Source: the human T2T-CHM13v2.0 reference genome, Homo sapiens
DNA length: 64,000 nt
Assembly: GCF_009914755.1 (NCBI RefSeq)
Contig: NC_060928.1
Direction: 5' to 3' (one strand)
Position numbers and translations under genes: made by a program. Position 1 is the stretch's first letter; every line of letters begins with the position of its first letter. The notes under the pieces are model-generated. The model saw nothing but the letters and a program-made list of their open reading frames with translations. It was not told the DNA's origin and did not search any database. Positions 27,153-44,350 of this stretch are shown here, in pieces.

Positions 27153-27485
27153 AGCAAGGCTTGGTGGCGCCTGTCTGTAGTCCCAGTTACTCAGGAGGCT
27201 GAGGTGGGTGGATCACTTGAGCCTAGGAGTTTGAGATCGGCCTGGGCAACAAGACCAAACCCCACCTCTACAAAACAAACAAACAAACAAACAGAAAACA
27301 AAGACTTCCCTCCCACAAATTAGCTGGGCATGGTGGTGTGCACCTGTGGTCCCAGCTACTCAGGAGGCTGAGGTGTATGGATTGCTTGAGCCTGGAAGGT
27401 CGAGGCTACAGTGAGCCGAGATTGTGCCACTGAACTCCAGCCTGCGTGACAGAATTAGACCTTGTCTCAAAAAAAGAAAAGAAAA
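27153..27485 (+). mobile_element. AluJ with expanded (CAAA)n linker
   Basis: Two Alu arms separated by a (CAAA)n run. Confidence 0.8.
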
Positions 27486-27599
27486 TTTCCATTTCCATCC
27501 ACATTCCACCCAGCCAGTCATGATAAAACCATTTTCTCTCGTGTCAACCAACCTGTACTGAACATATACCATGTATTGGGTACCATGGGCATAGTATGA

Positions 27600-28040
<441 letters not shown>

Positions 28041-28649
28041 TGATGTATGCTTTTTCAGAATTTCCTAGCTGATTTCATGGGCTGCCATGTTTAAGGGCAT
28101 ATCCCCTTTCTAGCAGTATCAGATTTTGTTCCTTTGGGTCATCGGTGCAGTCAGTTAGGATGTTGGGAGTCGTACTGAACGTGGAGGAGTGGTGCGTGTC
28201 CCCTGTTTCCTTCTCGCCTCCCTACTCCAGCTGTTCATGCCAGTTACTGTGGAGTTTCTAGAGAATGTAAAAATAACGAACTCATAGTCCATCTAGTATA
28301 GAAGAAAGACAGGGCTGAATTTAAAGTGGACTGCAATGGACAAAGTGCTGTGAGAGCACAGGGGAGGGAGTGAATACTCGTAACAGGGTAGAATAAGGGA
28401 AGATCAGGAGGAAGCTCACAGAGGAAGTGATATCTGAGCTGGGTCTTGGAGAAGGAGTAGAAATGTAACAGATGGAGGCAGGGTGGAAAGTTATTCCAAA
28501 GGTAGGGGCAGAGTGAGCAAAAATGTGGGAAGCTTGGTAGCTATGGTGTGAGGTGGCAGGAACGTCAGGCATGGAGGGGAGGGGCAGGAGACAAGACTAG
28601 AGAAGTGGGCCAGGAACAATTTGGAGAGATGGAAAAGACTAAAGGGTGC

Positions 28650-29020
28650 CGCAATGGACTGAATGTTTTTGTCTCCCCAAAATTCATATGTTGAAATCCT
28701 AAACCCCAAGGTGATGGTATTAGGAAGTGGGGCATTTGGGAGGTGATTATAATGGTCGTGAGGGTGGAATCCTGATGAATAGGATAAGTGCCCTTATAAA
28801 AGTGACACCAGAGAGAGCTCCCTCACCCATTCAACCATGTGGGACACAGCAAGAAGACACCATCTATAAGCCAGGAAATGGTCCTTCACCAGACATCAAA
28901 TCTGCCAGCTCCTTGATCTTGGACTTCCCAGCCTCCAGAACTGTGAGAAGCAGATTTCTGTTATTTATAAGCCACCCAGTCAATGATACTTTGTTACAGC
29001 AGCCCGTATAAACTAAGACC
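28650..29020 (+). mobile_element. MLT1A-type MaLR solo LTR within L2-like sequence
   Basis: atggactgaatgtt...ccccaaaattcatatgttgaaatcctaa...ttggacttcccagcctccagaactgtgag...actaagac. Confidence 0.85.
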
Positions 29021-29096
29021 AGTGCTGACACTTGGGTAATGGAGAGCTGTCAGAGCAGGGAGCAGCATAATCACATTGACTTTGAAGGGTGACTAG

Positions 29097-29465
<369 letters not shown>

Positions 29466-31187
29466 CAAATATCTCATGTATTAGGTGAAAGAGTGGGGCA
29501 AGTGTTATCTAGTTGGCCAGTAAACAGATGACAGTAATTTCCATGTCACTCTGCATGAGGCACTGTCGTGGGTATTGAGATACAGACAGGATCCCTGCAC
29601 CGTGGAGATGACATTCTGGTGGGAGAGAGAGACAATAAACAGTGGCAAATTGTGTATGTATACATAAGTATATAATATACCATCAGATTGTGATGAGTGC
29701 TATAAAGCAAGTAAAGCCAGGTGAGTGGAGTAAAAAGTAGTTCTGTTTCTAGATAGAGTAGCCCAGAGTGCTTTGAATAAAATAGATGCCACAAGAATAT
29801 TTGGAATGTCTTCCAGATCCAGCATTGTAGGTCTAATTAAGTGAAAAGCTATGGGAATTCAGTCTCTTCAGCATTGATTAAAATCAGTTTCCAAATAGAT
29901 GTAGTTCTTACAGTTTTGATTAGTTCCACCAACGTGGTTGTTGATGGGCAGAATCTTTTTTGCACTCCATCTTTCAAATAGCTTAAGTACAGCATCATCT
30001 CATTTTAAAAAACAGTTTATTCGATGTCATGAAAATATGCCACTTGTGTTGGTAATTTGTATCCTACTTCTTTTTTCTCAGCACATTATTCATCCCCAAT
30101 TCTGAGGCTTGTGGAAGGAGGAAGATGCTGACGTTTAAGCAACCAGATTTAAGGCAGTTGTTCAATGTATCAAATAGCTCTTCTAAGTTATTTTAATATA
30201 AATTAAAACTAAATGGGAGCTCTGGGACAGCCCTGTTTTAATTACAATTGGAATGCATCTTAGGAGACCATTCTACCTCTTATAATCATAACAGTGTCAT
30301 TATGATTTTTTTAAGAAGAATCACTAATTAGCCAGGTCTATCCTGAGGTCTTAGAGTTTGGTTTATAGATGATTCTTGTTGAATTAAGTGGAAGGCTGAG
30401 GCATGTGAACATTCATCTTGGCCCTAAACCTTTTTCCCTGGTGATACGAAATGGTTCAGCAGTAATCAGCAGCAGAAAGGTATGCTTAAAACCGGCTTGT
30501 TCTTTATGTGAGATACCAGGTTGAGCAAACTGGATTTACCTTTCATTGAGGATTATTCACATGGAATTTTAAACTGATTTCCTGCAAATTCTGTCCACAG
30601 TGTTGGGAAGCTAGAGTGGTAGACTGTAGTTTCTGAGCTAACATAAGATCTGATCTCTGACCTTCTGCTGACGTGGAATCCAGGTTATGTTGCCTTGTTT
30701 CCTTGGATGGGAGTTCACAGCCAGTGAAACTAGCCCTGCCTGAATTATTTAATTCATCTTCTCCTTGAAGATGGTTGCAAGGAGTTTTTATAGAACCGAA
30801 TGCCTTACAAATTTGGGGCTTGCAAATGTATTTCTGTTCTTTCTTCATTTTCCCTTTTGCTGAAGATAGAAACACCTCCTGGGTCTTTGGTTCAGCCTGC
30901 TGTTGTTTACAGTCCCTGCTGTAGATTACCTCACTCTGCCAGTCCCTGTCGTAATGTGATTTATCTTTTTAAAATTAAATTCTCATCATAATTCCCTCAG
31001 GCATCTGTCTTCCTCAGAATGTTTAGTTATTTCATATAGAACTTAAGCAAGGAAGGAAGAAAGGAAGGAAGAGAAGAAGGAAAGAAGAAAAGAAGTTCTG
31101 TTTGGATACTGTGCTAACAGGTCATATTGGGCTTGCTTATTAGATCTGCATTTCTAGTATTCTTGTTTTTTCCCTTCAAATAATAAT

Positions 31188-32300
31188 TTTTTTTTTTTGA
31201 GACAGGGCCATGCTCTGTTGCCCAGGCTGGCATGCAGTGGTGCGATCATGGCTTACCACAGCCTCGACCTCTTGGGCTCAAGTGACCTTCTGCCTCAGCC
31301 GCTCAAGTAGCTGGGATCATAGGTGTGAACCACTGTGCCCAGCCAAAAAAATTTTTTATTGTGGTAAAATATATATAACAAAAATTACCATCGTAAACAT
31401 TTTTAAGTGGACAGTTCATTGGCATTAAGTACATTCACAGTGTCAAGCAGGCATCACCACTGTCCATTTTCAGAACTTTTTCATCATCTCAACTAGAAAT
31501 TCTGAACCCATTAAACAGTAACTCCTCATTGTTTACCAGGGGCAGCCCCTGGTAACTTCTGTTCTATTTTCAGTCTCTGTGAATTTGCCTATTGTATAAC
31601 TGGGATCTCATGTAAGTGGGATCGTAGAATGTTTGGCCTTTTGCGTCTCATTTCAGGTCACATGCTTTTAAGGTTCATCCATGTTGTAGCATCAGATTCC
31701 ATTGTATGACTTTTTAAAAAAAAATGAAATTTTCTGTTGATGGATATTTGGGTTGTTTCTGCCTTTGGGCTACTCTGAGTAATGCTGCTATGAACATTGG
31801 TGTACAGGTATCTGAGTTCTGCTTTCTATCCTTTTGGATATATATGAAGGAATGGAATTGCTGGATCAAATTGTAATTTTATGCTTAACATTTTGAGGAC
31901 CTGCTAAAGTGTTTTCTGCAGCAACTGCACCATTTTACCTTCCCAACAGCAATGCACACACAGCATTTCAATTTCTCTATATCCTCACCAATTCTTGTTG
32001 TTTCCTGCCTTTTGATAATAGCCATCCTAATGGATGTGAAGTGGTGTCTCAGTTTGGTTTTGATTTGCAGTTCCCTGATGACTAATGATGTTGGCATATT
32101 TTTGTGTGCTTATTGACCATTTGTATAGCTTCTTTGGAGAAACGTCTGTTCAAGTCCTTCACCCATTTTTGAATGGGGTTGTTTATTTGTTGTCGAGTTG
32201 TGGGAATTGTTTATGTATTCTGGGCATCAGTCACTTGCCAGATACATGATTTGCAAATTTCTTCCATTCTGTAGGTTGTCTTTTCATTGTCTGGATAGTG
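31188..32300 (-). mobile_element. Alu right arm (31188-31345) followed by L1MB-type 3' fragment
   Basis: ttgtggtaaaatatatataacaaaaattaccatc... L1M 3' end; ORF2 C-terminal remnant 31885..32097 (IRELQIKTKLRHHFTSIRMAIIK). Confidence 0.85.
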
Positions 32301-33068
32301 TTCACATGTTTTCTTAACTATAATATTTAGTTATCCATGAATGTGAAAGAGGATTAATGTAAAAAGCAAGCAGCAAACACAAACTTAGCTGTTCTAGTAG
32401 GCTTTATAATGATACCTTGCATTACGGTGGACCAGCACACTTTTCAAAGCTCTTTCATATACCTGATCTCATTTTAGGGTTAGCCAAGTCTTCTTCCCTA
32501 CTCCTGCAGAAATTTGCCTTTTTCCAAAGCCAGACATTTTGCTTGTTCTTATAACCTTCTTGTCTCCCACCTTCTCTGGGAACTGTGGTCTGAGATTATC
32601 TCCTTTCTCTTCACTGTTTCTTTCCCTTTTCATTATGAATATCCTTAGGCTTCACCTATTGTTAAAAAAATACTCCTTGATCTTACTCCCTCTTTTTTCT
32701 TTCACTCCCTCACACATTGTTCACATGTGTAGCTTCGAGTCTCTACCTTAACTTTTAAATTCTCTACTAATTCTTTGTTTCATTCATTCTCTCATCTTGA
32801 AGTGAAACTGCTTTCTACAGATTCATCGAAGTTTCACCCACAGCCCCCAAAATACAGTGCCCTCTTAGTGATCTGTATCTGGACATGGACGGGTCCCAAA
32901 TGTCTGCAGTGATTCTTCCCCCTCGAAGATGGCTAGTCATGGGAGTTTTGGCCTTGTAGTTCAAGATGACCAGCTGTGGTTGCAGGGCAGTGGGTGGAGG
33001 AGAAAAGCCACGTGCAGCAGGATTAGAACTCTCAGAAGTGCCTCTGGAACCTCTTGCCATGAGTCTTT

Positions 33069-33387
<319 letters not shown>

Positions 33388-33649
33388 TGATCACTCAGGG
33401 ACTGTTACTTTCCGAGATTCACCACCTGCCCTCTGTAGTTACTTGTTTGTGGGGCGAGGCTTCTGGGAGAAGTATCTTAGCCTTTTCCTTGTTGTCATGC
33501 AGGTAAGCCCTGACTCCTTGGTAGTATCTGCAACCTCCGGTGAGGTACAGGGTATACCACTTCAACTTCAGCTAAGTGTGCACTGACTGTCTTGGTTTAC
33601 TTGCTGGGCTCATGGCCAGCTGGTTTTTTTGTTGTTGTTGTTATTGTTA

Positions 33650-34130
33650 TTTTTAATTGTGGTGAAATATACATGACATACACTTTACTATTTTACCCAT
33701 TTTTAAGTGTACTATTCAGTGGGATTAAGTATGTTCAGTGTTATCTAACCATCATCACTGTCCATCCCTGAACTTGTTCATTATCCCAAACTGAAACTCT
33801 ATACCTGTTAAACAATGGGTTTACCTATCATCCCCTCCCCTCAGCCCCTGGCAATCTCTATTCTACTTTCTGTGTCTATGAATTTGCCTATTCCTGATTC
33901 CCTCATGTAAATGGGGTCATTCAATATGTGTCCTTTTGTATCTGACTGGTTTCATATGGCATCATCTTTTCAGGGTTTATTCACGTGGTAGCATCTATCA
34001 GAACTGTATTCCTTTATTCATGGCTGAATAATATTCCATTGTATGGATATATCACATTTTATTTATCCATATTCATCTGATGATGGACATTTGGGTTGTT
34101 TCTGCCTTTTATCAATTGTGAACAGTGCTT
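33650..34130 (-). mobile_element. L1MB-type 3' end
   Basis: ttgtggtgaaatatacatgacata...tggctgaataatattccattgtatggatata. Confidence 0.8.
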
Positions 34131-34385
34131 CAGTCAGCTAGTTCTGAGGATGCTCCCAGGATGCTCTACATTGCAGGGCAGATGCTGTGGCTCTCCGTAA
34201 CACCCCCAGGCAGCCACTGCGTTGGTTAGTTTTGAATACCCCAGCAACAGATAGGAAATCTCACAACTGTATTATTACTTCTCTTTTTAAGGGTTTTTTG
34301 GAGCATTCTTAAGTACATCAAAACTCAGCATTCTACACGAGGAGTTTTTCATCATAGCTTGTGGTCAGAAGCTTATCTAAAATCA

Positions 34386-34575
34386 CAGGTGTGGTGGCTC
34401 ATGGCTGTAATCCAAGCACTTTGAGAGGCTGGGGTGGGAGGATCACTTAAGTCCAGGAGGTTGAGGCTACAGTGAGCTATGTTCGTGCCACTGCACTCCA
34501 GCTTGGGTGACAGAGCGAGACCCTGTCTCAGAACTAACTAAATAAACAAATACATGAATTAAATAAATAAATAAA
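34386..34575 (+). mobile_element. Alu monomer (FAM/FRAM-like)
   Basis: Single monomer with AAAT-rich tail. Confidence 0.8.
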
Positions 34576-35475
34576 ATTGTAATTGCAGTCCTCATTCTGT
34601 CATATGGGGAAGAGAAGCAGGTGGCAGGTAGAGAATAGTGGTGGTGACACTCCCTGGTAAACAGGATTGTTCTGCTCTGGCCCTATATGTCTGCCTAGAA
34701 CCCTTTAGCTCTCCCCACCACACCACACAGACAGTACACAAAGTACAGGGAAGGCCTGTCTCAGTTCTATGCCCATGGAAGAGGCTGTATAAATAGCCTG
34801 CTGAATCCTGCAGGAAATAATGAATGAATGAATGCGTGTTCATGGGGTAGGTGGGTATTATATGTGACTGAAAAACAGTCTAGAAGAGGAAAGAAGATGG
34901 TGATAGGAGAAAGCAGGGAAAAGTAAATGGCTTAAGACAATGGAGAGTAAAGATCAGAGCCAGATGCATTTAAATTAATTAATTAATTCTTAATTAATTC
35001 TTAATTTAAAGAATTAGCCAAGATGGTTCAGAGGGAAAGTTGCAAAATAGAACAGGGCTTGCCTAGGTCCCAAGATTATACAAGAGCCTTTTGCATTTTC
35101 AGGAAAGAATGGAAGTCTTCTTCTAGGAGCCTCTGTTTCTTATAGAATATTAGGAATAGAAAATGGGAATCCAGAAGAGAAAAAAAAAATAAGACAAAAC
35201 TAAGATAGATGATTCTTCTGCACAGAAAATCCAGAAGAAGGAGAAGAGGATTTATTAGAGGTGGGGAAGGTGAGAAAGGCTGAGTATTACAGATAAGGAG
35301 CTCTTGTGGGCGGCTAGTGCGACTTTGTGCTGAAGAATCTGGCCTGCCCCAAAACATGCCACATAATATTCAAATTTTGATCATTTGATTCACTTCTTTG
35401 GATCTGGATACCTGTCTCTAAAGGGTTCCTCTTAAAAATCTAATTCTTTGCCTGGGCAGGATAGCCTGTTATTAG

Positions 35476-37480
<2,005 letters not shown>

Positions 37481-38288
37481 CAGCTCATGAGCTCATCCTG
37501 GCAGTTATCTGGTGGAAAGCACTGAATCGTTCTCCCTTCCTAAGTATCAAGGAGAAAAATTAGGTATGGGTTTAGAGAGCTCCTACTTTTAAGGCACTCA
37601 GTTACTTTTGTTTTAAACTAGCCTCAGATGACTTCCCCCCAGGGAACATTATATATCAGGGAAAGAAGAAAGGATAGGGAGGACCCTTTGTCCTGTTAAA
37701 GAATGAGCAATAGAAGAAGGCTGCCAGAATAGTCCTGGAGCAGCAAAGAAGCTGTCTCAGTCTTTCTCCTTCCCTGCTCGAAAAAAGAGACTATACCAGA
37801 TCAAAGGAGGAATGAGAATCAATTAGAGAGATGGACTCTTTCAAATAGTCATAGCAGGCCGGAACTAGAAGGGGCTTAATTAAATGTGATAATGTTTCTA
37901 CAAGCTTAACCTACAGCTCTGCATATAATGGGTGAGCAACTTCTGTAATTATTATTGGTTAATAGCTATTTCCTAATCCTAAATTTTCAATGTGGAGATA
38001 AGGAAACGGAGAGTCAGATGTTTTGGAGCCAACGGGTGATTTCCTTCAGCTACACAAAAAGAAAGAAAAATCGAGAAAGTCGGTAGCTTGGCATTTAAGG
38101 CCTTCTTTGCTTGGTTCACGGTGCATTTCTGGTCCATGCTCTTCACCCAGCACTCTCAGGTGTGATCTCTGCTCAGGGCAGCCAGCTCCGTCCCTCTCCT
38201 CTCCTCCCGGTTCCACGCCTTCTCCACGTTGTGCTTTGCCTACTCTCCTTCCACTTCCTCTCTCCCTATCTGAGTCCTTGCCCATTTT

Positions 38289-38570
<282 letters not shown>

Positions 38571-38830
38571 CGAGTCCTTGCCCATTTTAACAGCTCTAGC
38601 ACCACCTGAGAATTCTTTCCTGACTTGTCTAGCAACACAGCTCTCTTCCTCTTTGAAATTCTCCAGCGTGATTCCCAGGACACTGGGTGCTAAAGCTGCT
38701 CTGCTCGGGGTGGTGATGGGGGGTCAAACACTTTTAGCTTCCAGCCCCCCTGCCGTTTCTGTAGACTTTTCCTACCTGTGTTGCAGAAGGAGTCTGTTGG
38801 GTAAATACTGCAGGAATGCCAGGGGCTATG

Positions 38831-38832
<2 letters not shown>

Positions 38833-38880
<48 letters not shown>
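38833..38880. repeat. (TG)n microsatellite
   Basis: Direct reading. Confidence 0.95.
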
Positions 38881-38882
<2 letters not shown>

Positions 38883-39489
38883 ACAGGCAGGTATACCTTT
38901 TTAGGTTCTCAGGAGGAGAGGCAGAGAATTGTCTTTTTTGCCTAGCAGCTGCCCTGGTAAAACCCTGATGATAGAGGTTGTGTGTTGTGTCTGGCATGGC
39001 CTCTTTGACATTTTGCCATCATTGACTACCTTGCCGTAAAAAGAGCTTGTAAGCCTTTTAAAAAGTTGGATCCTCCTCATGTTATCTGAAATAAAATAGA
39101 TGGCATGATAGCCCTATTTGTACTGACAACTTCTGAGAATCAAATAACTTACTTTGGTAAGACTTTTATTCTCCTAAAGTTTTTGCCCTAGGATAAACTT
39201 AAGATAACACAGGAAGAGGGCAAATTGAGTCCTTGCAAGAAAGACACTGGTGACAGTGGAGTGTACCTGCAGTAACCAGTATCCTTTCAGATAGACACTT
39301 TTTTACTTCATGGGCAGAAAAGCATCAATTTCCTGTGGTGAAAGTAATGGATGATTATTCTTCTTGTTTTTATCTTGGAGCTATCTGTCTAAAATTGTAT
39401 CTACCTTGTCAATGGGAGATCTGGGGTGTATCCTCTGCCTTAATATGTTGTGATGTTAACAATTGCTGTTAGCACAGGTTGTATTTCCT

Positions 39490-39805
39490 TCTTTCTTTCT
39501 TTTCTTTTTTTTTTTTTTGGAGATGGAATCTCACTCTGTTGCCCAGGCTGGAGTGCAGTGGTGCGATCTCAGCAGCTCCCTGCAACCTTTGCTTCCCAGG
39601 TTCAAGCAATTCTCCTACGTCAGCCTCCTGAGTAGCTGGTATTACAGATGTGTGCCACCACGTCCGGCTAATTTTTGGTATTTTTAGTAGAGACAGGGTT
39701 TCACCATGTTGGCCAGGCTGGTTTCAAATTCCCAACCTCAGGTGATTCACCCACCTCGGCCTCCCAAAGTACTGGGATTACAGGCTTCAGCCACTGCGTC
39801 TGGCC
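39490..39805 (-). mobile_element. AluS
   Basis: Antisense dimer. Confidence 0.92.
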
Positions 39806-39840
39806 AATCTCTTTTATACTTATAAAAGTTTCAGAATTGG

Positions 39841-40191
<351 letters not shown>

Positions 40192-40588
40192 CTAATCTAG
40201 TATAAGAAAGATAAATTATGCTTCTGTTTATCCTTATACTCTCATAAATTCTTTTGACATAAGGCTTTCTACCTTTCGTGCTATAAAGGTTTTCATTAAA
40301 ACTGAGTGAATGAATAGATACCTATACTAGTGAAAGATGGTTTATGGCAATGCAGACTGATTCGCTTTGTCAGAGTTGCTTCATATCTGGTAATGAACAA
40401 GAATAGAGACAAAAATTTGCTTTAATTCCATCATGTATCTTCTACTTTTCTCCTTTCAAAAACACAGCCTTATTGAGATATAATTCACACACCGTAAAAT
40501 TCACCCTCTACTCTGCACAATGCAGTGGTTTTTAGTATATTCACAGAGATGTGCAGCCATCACTGCTATCTAATTCTAGACCATTTTC

Positions 40589-43554
40589 TTTCTTTCTTTC
40601 TTTCTTTTTTTTTAAGTATTCTTTAAGTCCTGGGATACATGTGCAGAACGTCCAGGTTTGTTACATAGGTATACATGTGCCATAGTGGTTTGCTGCACCC
40701 ATCAACCTGTCATCTATGTTAGGTATTTCTCCTAATGCTCTTCCTCCCCTTGTTTCCCCACCCCAGACAGGCCCCCGTGTATGATGTTCCCCTCCCTGTA
40801 CTCATATGTTCTCATTGTTCAATTCCCATTTATGAGTGAGAACATGCAGTGTTTGGTTTTCTGTTCTTGTGTTGGTTTGCTGAGAATGATGGTTTCCATA
40901 TTCATCCATGTCCCTGCAAAGGACATGAACGCATTCTTTTTTATGGCTGCATAGTATGCCATGTTGTATATGTGCCACATTTTCTTTATCCAGTCTATCA
41001 TTGATGGGCATTTGGGTTGATTCCAAGTCTTTGCTATTGTGAATAGTGCTGTAATAAACATACGTTTGCGTGTGTCTTTATAGTAGAATGATTTATAATT
41101 CTTTGGGTATATACCCAACAATGGGATGGCTGGGTCAAATGGTATTTCTGGTTCTAGATCCTTGAGGAATCACCACACTGTCTTCCACAATGATTGAACT
41201 AGTTTACACTCCCACCAACAGTGTAAAAGCTTTCCTATTTCTCCACATCCTCTCCAGCATCTGTTGTTTCCTGTCTTTTTAATGGTCACCATTCTAACTG
41301 GTGTGAAATAGTATCTCATTGTGGTTTTTGATTTGCATTTCTCTAATGACCAGTGATGATGAGTTTTTTGTCGTATGTTTGTTGGCTGCATAAATGTCTT
41401 CTTTTGAAAAGTGTCTATTCATATAATGGGTTAGCAACTTCTGTAATTATTATTGGTTAATAGCTATTTTCTAATCCTAAATTTTCATTGTGCAGATAAG
41501 GAAACGGAGAGTCCTTATTCATATCCTTTGCCCACTTTTTGATCGGGTTTTTTTTTCTTGTAAATTTGTTCTAAGTTCCTTGTAGATTCTGTGTATTAGC
41601 CTTTTGTCAGATGGATAGATTGCAAAAATTTTCTCCCATTCTGTAGGTTGCTTGTTCACTCTGATGATAGTTTCTTTTACTGTACAGAAGCTCTTTAGTT
41701 GAATTAGATCCCATTTGTCAATTTTGGCTTTTGTTGCCATTGCTTTTGGTATTTTAGTCATGAAGCCTTTGCCCATGCCTATGTGTCCTGAATGGTATTG
41801 CCCAGGTTCCTTCTAGGGTTTTTATGGTTTTAGGTCTTAACGTTTAAATCTTTAATCCATCTTGAGTTAATTTTTGTATAAGGTGTAAGGAGGGGTCCAG
41901 TTTCAGTTTTCTGCATATGGCTAGCCAGTTTTCCCAACACCATTTATTAAATAGGGAATCCTTTCCCCATTTCTTGTTTTTGTCAGGTTTGTCAAAGATC
42001 AGGTGGTTGTAGATGTGTGTTGTTATTTCTGAGGCCTCTGTTCTGTTCCATTGGTCTATATATCTGTTTTGGTATATACTGTAGTCTTGTAGTATAGTTT
42101 GAAGTCAGGTAGCATGATGCCTCTAGCTTTGTTCTTTTTGCTTAGGATTGTCTTGGCTATACGAGCTCTTTTTTGGTTCCATATGGAATTTAAAGTAGTT
42201 TTTTTCTAATTCTGTGAAGAAAGTCAATGGTAGCTTGATGACAATAGCATTGAATCTATAAATTACTTTGGGCAGTATGACCATTTTCACGATATTGATT
42301 CTTCCTATCCATGAGCATGGAATGTTTTTCCATTTGTTTGTGTCTTCTCTTATTTCCTTGAGCAGTGATTTGTAGTTCTCCTTGAAGAGGTCCTTCATGT
42401 CCCTTGTAAGTTGTATTCCTAGGTATTTTATTCTCTTTGTAGCAGTTGTGAATGGGAGTTCACTCATAATTTGGCTCTCTGTTTATCTATTATTGGTGTA
42501 TAGGAATGCTTGTGATTTTTGCGCATTGATTTTGTATCCCGATACTTTGCTGAAGTTGCTTATGAGCTTAAGGAGTTTTGGGGCTGAGATGATGGTGTTT
42601 TCTAAATATACAATCATGTCATTTGTAAACAGGGACAATTTGACTTCCTCCCTTCCTATTTGAATACCCATTATTTCTTTCTCTTGCCTGATTGCCGTGG
42701 CTGGAACTTCAATACTATGTTGAATAGGAGTGGTGAGAGAGGGCATCCTTGTCTTGTGCCGGTTTTCAAAGAGAATGGTTCCAGTTTTGAGCCATTCAGT
42801 ATGATATTGGTTGTGGGTTTGTCATGAATAGCTCTTATTATTTTGAGATACATTCCATCAATACCTAGTTTATTGAGAGTTTTTAGCATGAAGGGGTATT
42901 GAATTTTATCGAAGGCCTTTTCTGCATCAATGGAGACAATCATGTGGTTTTTGTGATTGGTTCTGTTTATGTAATGGATTACATTTATTGATTTGTGTAT
43001 GTTAAACCTGCTTTGCATCCCAGGGATGAAGCCGACTTGATCGTGGTGGATAAGCTTTTTGATGTGCTGTTGGATTTGGTTTGCCAGTATTTTATTGAGG
43101 ATTTTCGCATCGATGTTCATCAGGGATATTGGCCTGAAATTTTCTTTTTTTGTTGTGTCTCTGCCAGATTTTGGTATCAGGATGATGCTGGCCTCATAAA
43201 ATGAGTTAGGGAGGAGTCCCTCTTTTTCTATTGTTTGGAATAGTTTTAGAAGGAATGTTACCAGCTCCTCTTTGTACCTCTGGTAGAATTTGGCTGTGAA
43301 TCCGTCTGGACCTGGGCTCTTTTTTGGTTGGTAGGCTATTAATTACTGATGCAATTTCAAAACTTGTTATTGGTCTATTTAGGGATTCGACTTCTTCCTG
43401 GGTTAGTCTTGGGAGGGTGTATGTGTCCAGGAATTTATCCATTTCTTCTAGATTTTCTAGTTTATTTGCATAGAGGTGTTTATAGTATTCTCTGATGGTA
43501 GTTTGTATTTCTGTGGGATCAGTGGTAATATCCCCTTCATCATTTTTTATTGTG
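40589..43554 (-). mobile_element. 5'-truncated primate L1 (L1PA7/8-like, ~3 kb) inserted into an older L1M fragment (40465-43880)
   Basis: ORF2 remnants in the ORF track ([14 protein letters not shown]..., [38 protein letters not shown]); 3' UTR and T-tail; TSD aattctagac(c)attttc at 40572 and 43555. Confidence 0.95.
41420..41513 (+). repeat. 94-bp dispersed duplicate of 37922-38015 inserted in the L1
   Basis: 90/94 identical by hand alignment; flanked by duplicated tattcatat. Confidence 0.95.
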
Positions 43555-43997
43555 AATTCTAGACATTTTCATCACCCTAAAAAGAAACCATTAGCAGTCA
43601 CTCCTGGTTACTCCCTCCCCCAAACCCCTAGCAACCAAGTCTCCTAGCAACCACTAATCTGCTTCCTGTCTCTATGGAATTTGCCTATTCTGGACATTTT
43701 ATATAAATGGCATCGCATAATATCTAAATATGAGGTCTTTCGTGTCCATGGGTTCCTTTCCCTTAGCATGTTTTCAAGGGTCACCTACATTGTAGCATTT
43801 ATTAGTGCTTCATTCCTTTTAATGGCTGAATAATACTCTGTCATATGGGTTTACCCACTGTAGTTATCCATTCACATTTTGCTGAGTTTCTGTATGTTCA
43901 TTGTGGCTGTGATCAGACTTACTGTAACCCCAAAGAGAGATTTAAACTTCATGGGGAAGGGAGCTGATTAGGAAAAAAAAGTCTAAAAAGCTTCCTT

Positions 43998-44350
43998 TGG
44001 CTGGAAGAATGTTTCCCTTCAAATTCGTATGTTGAAATCCTAACCCCAAGTACCTCAGAATGTGACTGTATTTGGAGATAGGGCCTTTAAAGAGATCATT
44101 AAAATAAAATGAGGTCATATGGGCAGACCCTAATCAATATAACTTGTTTCCTTATAAGAGGAAATTTGGACACAGACACACACAGAGGGAAAGACCACAT
44201 GAAGGTAAAGGGAGCCATGCCTAGTAGAAAGGAACCCTGCCGGCACCTTGATCTCAGACTGTGGCCTCCAGAATTCAGAAAATACATTTCTGTTGTTGAA
44301 GCTTCCCATTCTGTGGCACTTTGTTATGGCAGCCCTTGTAAACGAATACA
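43998..44350 (+). mobile_element. MLT1B-like MaLR LTR
   Basis: aaattcgtatgttgaaatcctaacccc...tatttggagatagggcctttaaagag...gaataca. Confidence 0.8.

Noticed and set aside
34968-35010. AT-rich quasi-palindrome (ttaa)n
   Set aside because: Simple low-complexity repeat whose self-complementarity is intrinsic to TTAA units.
40802-43442. L1 ORF2 fragments as a functional reverse transcriptase
   Set aside because: 5'-truncated, multiply frameshifted, catalytic FADD reads FTND, and interrupted by the 94-bp insert.
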